A DNA stretch of 57,209 nt, the filler included, from Sphacelaria rigidula (taxonomy: Eukaryota): the NCBI GenBank assembly GCA_964200075.2. It is 5 parts of 5 records of this genome, joined end to end, with 100 filler letters (N's around TTAATTAATTAA, not from the genome) between each part and the next. Parts side by side here need not be neighbours in the genome. Positions count along the whole stretch, not along the records: positions 34,392 to 45,750 come from CAXNAA020005023.1; positions 45,851 to 57,209 come from CAXNAA020005024.1; 3 more parts are not named here. One strand, written 5' to 3'. Positions within the stretch are counted from its first letter, which is position 1; each line of letters opens with the position of its first letter. Position numbers and translations under genes: made by a program. The notes beneath the pieces were generated by a model, which saw nothing but the letters and a program-made list of their open reading frames with translations, was not told the DNA's origin and did not search any database. Positions 37,301 to 47,516 of this stretch are shown piece by piece.

Positions 37301-40300
37301 ATGCTTCAAATGGAAAAATTATTTTTTTGGCAAAGGTTTAAAGTTTCTCCGTTCTCTACCGGCTTCCGGGAGTCTTAGTACAAGGACCCCCGAAAGGCGG
37401 TACATAATGACTCAAAAGAAATAATAACATGATGCGTCCCAGGTTAGTCCAAGGAACACATGTACGAAGTTTGGTGGAGAAACTCGAAATTCTCATACAA
37501 TGTTTCCTGCCTCGACGTAAAATTTACCCCAAAAGATGTTTTCATACTCAAACCAAGTAGTGAGCAGTTTGCACGTTTCAAGCTCACATCCTCGCACAAA
37601 CGCGCAAATCTTCACGCATCAAGTGGGAGTTAGACCATGAAACTTTGCGCAAATGTGCTATGAATCCTTACGCAAGTTAATATCAACGAGGTTTTCCTAA
37701 CTCTTGATTTCTTCACCGTTTTTCGGGGGTCCGACGGGATCGAAGTCGTTCCTCCGAAGTCATCCGTTGTGGAACCCCGCAAAACCGGCACTACAGTCTT
37801 TTTTTTCCATTTTTTTCGCGAACGCTCCGCCGCCACAAAACCCAAGGCAGAACCCCACAAAGTTTCGAGGCTAAACTCGATTCACTGGTGCTTGAATTTT
37901 CATGTTCATACTAAAGTCTCGTAGTTTGCCGTTTCACCGTGGCACGGCAAGGTTCATCGCACAAACGCGAAAAACTTCGCGCCGTTTTGAGGAGTAAGAC
38001 CCTGAAATATTGCACAGGTGTTCTACGGGTCATTATGCAACCTTGTACGGACGAGGTTTCTTTCTTTCCTTCTTTAAAACCGTTCTACGGGGGTCCGACT
38101 GGATCGAAGTTTTCCCGAAAAAACTGGGACCCCGGAAAACGGTGAAAAAAGTAAAAGAGTGAAAGAAAAAAAAACTCGTACATTCAAAGATGCATGATGA
38201 CCCATAGAACACCTGTGCAAAATTTCAGGATCTAACTCGTTAAAACAGCGTGAAGTTTTGCCGATGAGTGTTTTGGGTTTTTTCCCGTGAACCAACCAGC
38301 CTGTACTCCTCTAGTATTTCAATAATCGCTCGCGAGGTTGAACCCACACTACGTAGGAAAGTAGCCGATATCGCAAACAGATCATCGTCCTCAATCGATT
38401 CAACTGATGGCATGATGGCACCTCTCTCTAGTCCGTGCAGAGATCTGGAATTAGGATGATACCTAGTGCGATGAGGTGAACAGAAGAACGAGATTACAAT
38501 GACGAATGAACGCCGAGGTGAGTTTCGCGTCGAATTCATGCTATGCGCTATTGCGAAATCGATAGTGAACTGGTACTGTATATTGTATGCACCGTCACTG
38601 TGTAGCAGATCACATGTAGCCGTCTCTACAAACACTTGACTCCTCGATCGAGCACTGGACATATGTGTACGTGACACAGTTGAGATTGTATGACTGCCGA
38701 TCTGATCGTTCGTTGGGACTGGGAAGCGGGGGGGGCGGGGCGTACTCATTTGTTGCTTGCCTTAGTCGTTTGACCATTGACCACGCATCCCTTTCGAGAC
38801 GGAGCAGGGGGGGGGAGGTTATCTGACCCGCACTCGAAAGGTGTCGAGTTTCACGACGCAAACACAAATATTTGTGGTGTCGTCGGTAGGCTTGACAGGA
38901 TCAATTGCAATGATTCTCTGACATGTTTGAAATTATTTCAGCAACATGACCACATATCTTATTTTCAGGGAATGCTCGAGAAAACATCACATCCTGGATA
39001 AAATATTACACCGTCAAAAATGAAGTGGGTGGAGTATGCAATCTTTTGTTACACAAGACGCATTTGTCGATACTCTACGCAGCACACTTTTTGAAAACGT
39101 GGTCCATTTTTCAAGATGTGGAAAACATAACGACCCTTCATATCGAGGTATATCAGAGACCTGTGAAGAAACAAGGAGCGAATGCTAGTGTCTCAAAATA
39201 ATCGATCGCCCACGGTTGCTGAGAAGCCACGCACCTCAGAAGTGGCTTCCGGGGTTGGTTCTGCTGTTTGAACCAGGGTAGGTTCGGGGGTGAGGTCAGG
39301 CGTTTGGTTCGTCGTCTGCGTTGGTGTCGGTTCAGGGGTTGGTTCCGCGATAGGAAGTGGTGTCGGTTCTGACGCTGGTTCCGCAGTCTGCGTTGGTGTC
39401 GGTTCGGACGTTGGCTCCGGGATCACGGCCTGCGGTGGTGAGGTGGGTTCAGGAGTTGGGTTAAGTGCTGGTTCAGATGTTCGCGTTGGAGTGGTTTCGG
39501 GCGTGGGGTTCGGGGTTGGGTCAGCCGTTACCGCTGGAGTTGATTCAGGGGTGGGGTCAGGCGTCGGCTCGGGGGTCGCCACTGGGTTCAGTCCAGGGGT
39601 GATGCTCGGGGTCGGGTTGGGCGTCACTGCTGGGATCGACCCAAGGGTGGGGTCAGGCGTCGGTTCTACTGAAACTGCAGTAGTCGGTTCAGGAGTGACG
39701 TTTAGAGTCGGTTCGGACGTCACCGCTCGGGTCGGTCCAAGGGTGGGATCAGGTGTTGGCTCTACCGTTACTGCCGTTGTTGGTTCAAGGGTAACGTTCG
39801 GGATCGGTTCGGGAGTTACCGCTGGGGTCGGTTCGAGGGTGGGGTCAGGCGTTGGTTCTGCCGTCACTGCTGCACTCGGTTCTGGACTAAGGTCGGGAGT
39901 TGGATCTGGCGTCACCGATGTTGTTGGCTCCTGCGATGGTGTCGGGGTGGGTTCACGGAATGGCTCAGACGTGGGATCAGTTGCTACTGCTGGGGTCGGT
40001 TCAGCGGTGGATTCTGATGCAGGATCCGTTGTCACAGCCGGTGTAGGTAAAAGGGTCGACTCCACTGTGGGGTCTAGTGTTTCCACCCGAGCTGGCTCAG
40101 CGGTTGGCTCTGACCCGGGCTCAGCTGTAAATCCCGGAGTGGGGTTGGGGGTTGTTTCGACAGTTGGCTCTGATGCTTGCAGCGTAGGTTCAACAGTTGG
40201 CTCTACCTCCGGCTCGGCTGTTGCAGCTGGGGTGGGGCCAGGTGTTGTCTCAACATTGGGCTCAGGTGTTACAGGCAAAGTTGGCTCGGAGGTTGACCCC

Positions 40301-43300
40301 GCTGTGGGCTCCTGCGTGGGCTCCTGCGTGGTATCAGCAGTCACCTCGATGGGCTCAGATGTTGCCAAGAAGGTGGATTCAGCCGTGGGTTCAGGTGTTT
40401 CCACAACAGTTACTTCTGCCGTAGGTTCAACTGTGGGTTCAGGTGTTCCAGCGGCGGACGGGTCTGCCGTAGGTCCGGCTATGGGCCCGGGTGTTCCCCC
40501 GACGGTTGGCTCTAGCGTGGGTTCAGCGGTGGGCTCCGGCGTTCCGGTGACAGACGGTTCTGACGTGGGCTCAGCTGCGGGCTCACGGGTTTCCGCAACA
40601 ATGGGTTCCAACGTGGGTTCTGTAGTATCCGCAACAGTAGGTTCTGCCGTTGGTTCTGATATGGGTTCTTCCGTGGGTTCTACTGTCGCCTGTGGTGTTC
40701 TACCAGCCGTGACCTCTGCCGTAGGTTCGATCGTGGGATTTATATTCCCCGCGATGGTTGGCTCTGCTGTGGGTTCAGCCACGGGTGGAGGTGTTTCCGA
40801 ATTGGTAGGTTCGACGGAGGGCTCAACGGTGGGCTCCAGAGTTGCCGCGACGGTCGGTTCTGATGTGGGCTCAACTGCGGGCTCAACTGTACCCGCCTCC
40901 GCGGGTGCCAACGAAGGTTCTGTAGTATCCGCAACAGTAGGTTCCGCCGTTGGTTCGGGGATAAGCTCTGGTGTTCCTCCAATTGTGGCTCCTGCCGAAG
41001 GTTCGACTGTGGGATCTACAGTTGCCACCAAAGTTGGTTCTGCCGTGGGTGCAGCTGCGGGTTGGGGTGTTCCCGCGAGGGTAGATTCAAACGTGGGCTC
41101 AACGGTGGGATCTGTCGTTTCCACGATGGTCGGTTGTGGTATGGGCTCAACTGTGGGCTCAGGTGTACCCGCGATTGTCGGTTCTAGAGTGAGCACGACG
41201 GTGCGCTCTGTCGTTCCCGCTACGGTCGATTCTGACGTGGGCTCGACTGTGGCATCAGGTAAAGTGGGTTCCACGGTGGCTTCTGTTGTACCCGCAGCAG
41301 TAGGCTCTGCCGTTGGTTCAGAGATGGGCTCCTCCGTTGGCTCCAATGTAGGCTCTACGCTGGGCTCCGGTGATTTTACGACTGTGGATTCTGCCGTAGG
41401 TTCGATCGTGGGATCTAGAGTTTTCGTCAAAGTTGGTTCTGCCGTGGACTCAGCTGCGGGTTGAGGCGTTTCCCCAACGGTCGATCCAACCGTGGGCTCC
41501 ACGGTGGGCTCTGGTGTTGCCGCGACGGTCGGTTCTGATGTAGGATCGTCGGTGGGCTCTGGCGTTCCCGCGACCGTGGGTTCTGCCGTCAGTTCTACAG
41601 TGGGCTGAGGGGTTAGGGTGACGGCCGGTTGTGGAGTAGATTCGACTGTGGGCTCGGGCGATGCCGCGAAAGTTACTCCCGTTGTGGGTTCCACGGTGGG
41701 CTCTGGCGTTCCCGCGACAGTCAATTCTGACGTTGATTCGACCGTCGGTTCGAACGTAGTCACCATGGTGGGCTCAGGGGTATTTGCTACGGTCGGTTCT
41801 GGTGTGGGTTCGGCGGTGGGCTCCGATTCTGCGACGGTCGGTTCTACCGTGGGCACGGCTATGGGCTCTGGCGTTCCCGCGACGGTCGGTTCGGATGTGG
41901 GCTCAACTGTGGGTTCAGATGTATCCGCAACCGTGGGTTCCAATGTGAATTCTGCGGTGGGCTCTGGCGTTTCGGCGACGGTTGGTTCTGCCGTAGGTTC
42001 GACGGTGGGCGCGGGTGTTCCTGCGAGGATTGGTTCTGATGTAGGTTCAACGGTAGGCTCAGGAGTTTCGACGGCGGTCGGTTCTGGTGAAGGCTCGACG
42101 GTGGCCTCAGGGGTGTCGGTGACGATCGGTTCTGATGTCGGTTCTACCGTGGGGTCAGGGGTTTCGGCGAACGTCGGTTCTGGTGTAGGTTCGACTGCGG
42201 GCTGCGGCGTTCCCGGGAAGGTTGGTTCCGCAACGGGCTCTACTGTGGGCTCAGGTGTATCAGCTACAGTCGTTTGTGGTGTGGGTTCAACCGTGGGTTC
42301 TGGGGTTACCGCGACAGTTGATTCCGCTGTGGGTTCTACTGTAGGTTCAGAGGTGAGCTCTTCCGTTGGTTCTACTGTAGGCTCAAGCGTTGTTTCCTCC
42401 TGCAAGTTCCGCCCAGCGTGCAAAAAGTGTGTGGAGGTCGGCAGTGTGTATGGTCAGCACCAGATTGCTTTGCAAATCGCCATCAAACATTCTTCGCTGC
42501 GGTGGACCCGGTGGTCTCAGGGAATTACCGAAGCCTCAAGCGTAGCGATACTGCTCGGCCGCTCTGGATAGAAAAATTGATTTGGTGAGCGTTTCCACTT
42601 CATGTTCGGATCGCCATTTGTGTCAAACCAGGGTCTACCGTCTGTACATATCTTGCCTACCCTATGCATGACTTCACTAGCTCACTTTCCACTTCTGCTG
42701 GGGCTCTCGGCTTTTGTAATGCTCGCTTGGCACCAAACCACGGATAGGAGCAATCATCACGACTACAGACCACCAAATCCACGATTTCTTCGACCTGATT
42801 GCCCAAAACGGAGAAAAAAATTGACCGCTAGTCCAAGGGGTATACACGCAACGTTTTCGTCATTCCACGTTTGTGGGCTGCGTGTACCTGGGTTGCAACG
42901 CTGAAAACAAAGCCTAGGGATTGATTCGTACGAGTCGAATCGACTATACTAAAATCAAGTAATTTCCAGACGAATCATTATTCGTCCAACCCTTGCACCA
43001 ATCGATTGACAAACACATGGGCTGCGGGGAAAAGCTGACGAAATTAAGTTGACAACAGCACGCGAGCAGGATGTTCCTGGCTGTTTCATTGAAATATGAG
43101 CGTCTCGAAAAACCTGAAGTAGACGCTCGAGCGAATCGTTAACTTGAGAGTCTAAAATGTCAAACTCCACGACCACAAGGCCTTTGAGCATTTTTTGTAC
43201 GCAAGCAGTATATCAATGTGTGAAAAGCAAGTCGCAAGAATCCGAAGAGGGTACAAACACGGATACACACTGATACCGTTTTTTTCAAGAGTTGAGCGGC

Positions 43301-45750
43301 GAAACAGGCGAAAACATAGTGAGGGGTGTTGGAAACCACAGGAACGTTTTACGATTTCGTGAGGAAAAACAACTCGCCAAACCGCAAAACGTAATGATGA
43401 CTGACTAAATTTGTCACCACGCATCTCTCTCGCTACTCCAGACCACTTCAACCTCGAGGCGAGGTTTGGCGTCCACCGGTTTCTTGGCGATCGACGTGCC
43501 TGATCGCAGGTTCCCGGCCAGCCCGAAAACATACGCACGTCACCGTACACGCTACTGCCTTTTCGGCGACTGGCCGCTTAATATCGGGAGTTTTGTTTCA
43601 TCACTTCGATCACCACCATCCCAACCAGTAAAGGGCTTTGCGCACAAACACGCGGTTGTTCCACAGCTTCGAAGTGGACGGGCAAATAAATCACGGCGGA
43701 GCAAGACCACAGTTGATCAAAAACACAACGCACATGCACTTTACTCACTGTCCTCGGCTTTAGAGGGAAGTCGAGTCAACCAACGGCAAAATGTATGAAA
43801 GCGGCAGCTAGCGTCTGTTCAACCCCAAAAGGCAATGCGCGTCATGGAAATTTACGGCTGAGGTCGAAATGCGTCAGTGTGCGGCCGAACAACGTCAAGA
43901 CACGTGCTGAAGCACAGTGCACATGCAGCCGGCGATAGCAATGCCACAGCTTGAGAGAACTGCCAATCTTGTGACCATGTGCCCCTTCTGTGGGTAAACA
44001 CCTGGCGGGTGTAGGCCAATACGTACAACAACAGAAGGGAGACAATTCCAGGCCCATCCGAGACAAAATTCCCGATATTTCGCGGCTAGCCGCTGAAAGG
44101 TAACAGAGTTGTATGGTGACGTGTACATGTTTTCGGGCTGACCGGAAACCTGCGGTCAGGCACGTCGATCGCCGAAAACCGGTGAAAGCCAAATTGAGTT
44201 GTCACCAACACGTATACCGCGCGCGCCTTTAATCAGAATGCCTTAGCAGCGTGGTTTGACCAATCAGGCGGCAGAATTTGTCACCTTCCGCAACAGAACT
44301 TCAAGGTATACCGATTTTCGGCAATTGCCCGTTGGGAATCCACTGCCATCGGTTCTGGTATGCTTAAGGGAACACAAGATACGGAGATGTCCGGGCATGG
44401 GGAAAACAAGTGTGAAGGACATCCCCTAGTGACAAAGACGAATGATGGTAGTACTTGTTCCGATACATTTACACGAGGAAACCTCATTTTTTGTTGCCAC
44501 CACCTCCGGATTTTTGTCAAAGATCTCCAAGTAAAACTGGGTTGGCACTCATGAGAAGAAAAACACCACGCCTCGAGCAATGACGGTTGCACCAGGTGAC
44601 ACGAGAAGGTCAATATTGATTATTCAACCCCTGACATGACGCGTGCGGCCAACCTCAAGGCCAACGTCTATCATGTGCAATCTATCCAGCGCTTTGGAAA
44701 TATCCACTACATACAGTGGGAGGAAAATGAAAACAACTCGTCGTGTAATGCTACTTTCTCCAATCTCACATCAGGTACTTCCAACAATAGAGTCGAAGAA
44801 CCAAGTTGACACATGAAAAAAAAACACGAGAGCAAAGACTCACCACGGGCGCAGGGGTAGGGTCGGTAGTCTCAAGTCCGACTGGAGCTGGTGAAGGCTC
44901 CGGAGTTGATGATGGTGCCGGTGTCTCCGAATCAGGTATCGTCTCCGTCGGCAGCGGAGTCGGTCCCGGGATCTCCGGTTCGCTCACAGCTGGTGTTGGT
45001 GCCGGCGTCTCGGTATCAAGTGCCGTCGCCGTAGGCAGCGGAGTCGGTCCCGGGGTTTCCAGCTCGATCTCAGCTAGTGTCGGTGCCGGCGTTACCGGGG
45101 GGGCTGCACCTACTGTTGGCGCCGGAGGCGGTCCCGGGCTTCCCAGCTCGATCTCAGCTGGTGTTGGTGCCGGCGTCTCGGTATCAACTGCCGTCTCCGT
45201 CGGCAGCGGAGTCGGTCCTGGAGTTTCCACGTCGGCCACAGCTGGTGTTGGTGCCGGTGTCTCGGTATCAACTGCCGTCGCCGTAGGCAGCGGAGTCGGT
45301 ACCGGGGTTTCCACGTCGGCCACAGCTGGTGTTGGTGCCGGCGTCTCGGTGTCAACTGCCGTCGCCGTCGGCAGCGGAGTCGGTCCTGGAGTTTCCACGT
45401 CGGCCACAGCTGGTGTTGGTGCCGGCGTCTCGGTGTCAAGTGCCGTCGCCGTAGGCAGCGGAGTCGGTCCCGGAGTTTCCACGTCGGCCACAGCTGGTGT
45501 TGGTGCCGGCGTGTCGGTGTCAAGTGCCGTCTCCGTCGGCAGCGGAGTCGGTCCTGGAGTTTCCACGTTAGCCACAGCTGGTGTTGGTGCCGGTGTCTCG
45601 GTATCAACTGCCGTCTCCGTCGGCAGCGGAGTCGGTCCCGGGGTTTCCACGTCGGCCACAGCTGGTGTTGGTGCCGGCGTCTCGGTATCAACTGCCGTCG
45701 CCAGCGGCCACGGCGGCGCTCCCGGGACTTCTACGTCTCGCACACCGGGT
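34392..45750 (-). CDS. Giant Pro/Thr/Glu-rich mucin-like / AGP-like repeat protein, internal 4 exons (both ends lost in spacers)
   Basis: Exons 45750(gap)-44844 (28-aa repeats, GTGAGT donor), 42399-39235 (3165 nt of EPTx repeats; TTGCAG acceptor, GTGCGT donor), 36667-36584 (PTTTGPIAEPTAEVATAAPAAAPATPAP), 34703-34392(gap). All junctions are phase 0. Confidence 0.85.
35244..36101. mobile_element. Family C second copy
   Basis: TA|CAGTAG ... CTACTG|TA termini; colinear with 19244-20162. Confidence 0.78.
37971..38259. repeat. Long imperfect palindrome within a repeat-rich element (about 37380-38270)
   Basis: Arms about 37971-38097 and 38128-38259, e.g. TGAAATATTGCACAGGTGTTCTACGGGTCAT / ATGACCCATAGAACACCTGTGCAAAATTTCA. 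Confidence 0.75.
42739..42995 (-). mobile_element. hAT-type MITE family B, complete copy
   Basis: Reverse-complement homolog of 47281-47516. Termini CACGGATAGG.. / ..ATTCGTCCAACCCTTG; TSD CACCAAAC / CACCAATC (7/8). Confidence 0.8.
44844..45750 (-). repeat. Coding tandem repeat, 84-bp (28-aa) unit DTETPAPTPAVADVETPGPTPLPTETAV
   Basis: GCTGGTGTTGGTGCCGG recurs every 84 nt (e.g. 45241, 45325). Units are near-identical towards the gap and degenerate towards 44844. Confidence 0.95.
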
Positions 45751-47280
45751 NNNNNNNNNNNNNNNNNNNNNNNNNNNNNNNNNNNNNNNNNNNNTTAATT
45801 AATTAANNNNNNNNNNNNNNNNNNNNNNNNNNNNNNNNNNNNNNNNNNNNGAACACTTCCCCACCACCGACCCCCCGCCCTTCCCCACCCCCCCCCCCAC
45901 ACCCCTCCCCCCCCCCCCCCCCCCCTTTTTTTTTCTTCTTCTTCCCGCCTCTTGTATCTATCTATCTATCTATCTATACGTTTGAAATTATGTTTCGCTC
46001 TTTACGGCACTTCGCAGTCACAAGTCTATCGTGTCCTCTAGCATATTGTAGCATATCGTATGGTGTGCTGTTTTGTCTCCCCCCTGCCCCCCCCCCTCCC
46101 CCAGTGCTCCGTCCCGAAAGGGATGCGTGGTCAATGGTCAAACGACTAAGGCAAGCAACATACGAGTACGCCCCCCCCCCGCGCCCCTACTAATCTCGTT
46201 CCGTTGTTGCGCTTTTCATGTGTATCCATGCTCAGGGTCGTCGCACATCGAAGTACCCGGGGGTCACTTTCGCCAAGGGACGCTACAACGCAACTCTGGC
46301 CTGGGGAGGGAAGACGGTGCGTTACGTGACGAAGTCGATTACGCAATAACAAGCAACAGCAGCAACATGAACAACAACAAACTCGATATAAAGAACCATG
46401 TTCATTCGTACACTCTACACGTTTTTTTTTTTTTTCAAATTTTATGATCATTTTCGTTTTTGTCGGTATTGTTTCTTTTTTTCTCTCGTTTTTACACGGC
46501 AAGAAATGAAAAAAAATGTGATGGCGCGAATTATGAGTGATAAAGGAACGCCTTTTTTTTTTTTTCCATGTCAGTGATTTCTATTTTCCAACGGCTACGA
46601 AGCAACATTCATTGAGGAAGACCCCTTCCCCACAATTGCATCCAGTAGCCCCGCCTTCTATTTCGTGAGCACCTCGCTCTGCACTTTTATTCCAGAGCAC
46701 CTGGGGTATCGACTGCCGAAAGTACTGGGTATTCCAGAGCCCGTATTGCGGTGCATCGATTGCCGAATGTACTTGGTATTTCAGATCTGATTGATTTTTG
46801 ATGGATTGTCGTACTTGAACTGATTCCCCAGGTGGTCATGATCCAGTCGTGGTCATTACCCACGTGATGGACGTACCCGAGGCAAAACAAAAACTGAAAC
46901 ACTGCTGAAGGAAAACCCCCCGAGAAAACAAAAGAGGTAGAACAGAACAACAGAGTAGACTGGGAAGACGAAAATACAACAAGAAAAATGAAGAAAATAA
47001 TAGAACTGGCCGTTTAAAAAAAAAAAAATTATTATTATTTTTCCTCAGAGCGTGTTTCAGTTTCGTTGTTCTTGGGTACGTCTATCATGAGACCACGGGT
47101 GAACCCCTGGGGGGTCAGGTAAAGTGCGACAATCAATCAGTCAATCAGTCTGCCACATGGCTTCGGTGGAAAAAGTCTTGCGCAGAACCACACTTATACC
47201 CAGTCGTAAAAAACAAATGCCGCGGGAAAAGAGTACCCGGAGTATCGCAGAGTATCGCCTGGGGAAAGTACCGGGTGTTC

Positions 47281-47516
47281 CAAGGGTCGGACAAATAATG
47301 ATTCGTCTGCAAATTAACTTGGTTTCAGTACAACTGATTCGACTCGTACGAATCAATCCCTAGGCTTTGTTTTCAGCGGTGCAACCCATGTACACGCAGC
47401 CCAGACACGTGGATTGGCGNNNNNNNGCGGTCAACTTTTTTCTCCCTTGTGGGCAATCCGGCCGAAGAAATCGTGACTTTGGTGATTCGTAGTCGTGATG
47501 ATTTGTCCTAACCGGG
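47281..47516 (+). mobile_element. hAT-type MITE family B, complete copy
   Basis: Imperfect TIRs CAAGGGTCGGACAAAT / ATTTGTCCTAACCGGG; 8-bp TSD GGGTGTTC / GAGTGTTC (7/8). Contains a short internal N run. Confidence 0.8.

Noticed and set aside
39290..42571. Long plus-strand Gly/Ser/Val-rich ORFs (724 aa and 317 aa; also 44806-45798 and 34411-34722) resembling silk or ice-nucleation repeats
   Set aside because: These are antisense shadows of the Pro/Thr/Glu repeat exons. The splice sites support the minus strand only.
45110..45691. Arg/His/Gln-rich repeat ORF
   Set aside because: Alternative frame of the 84-bp coding repeat.
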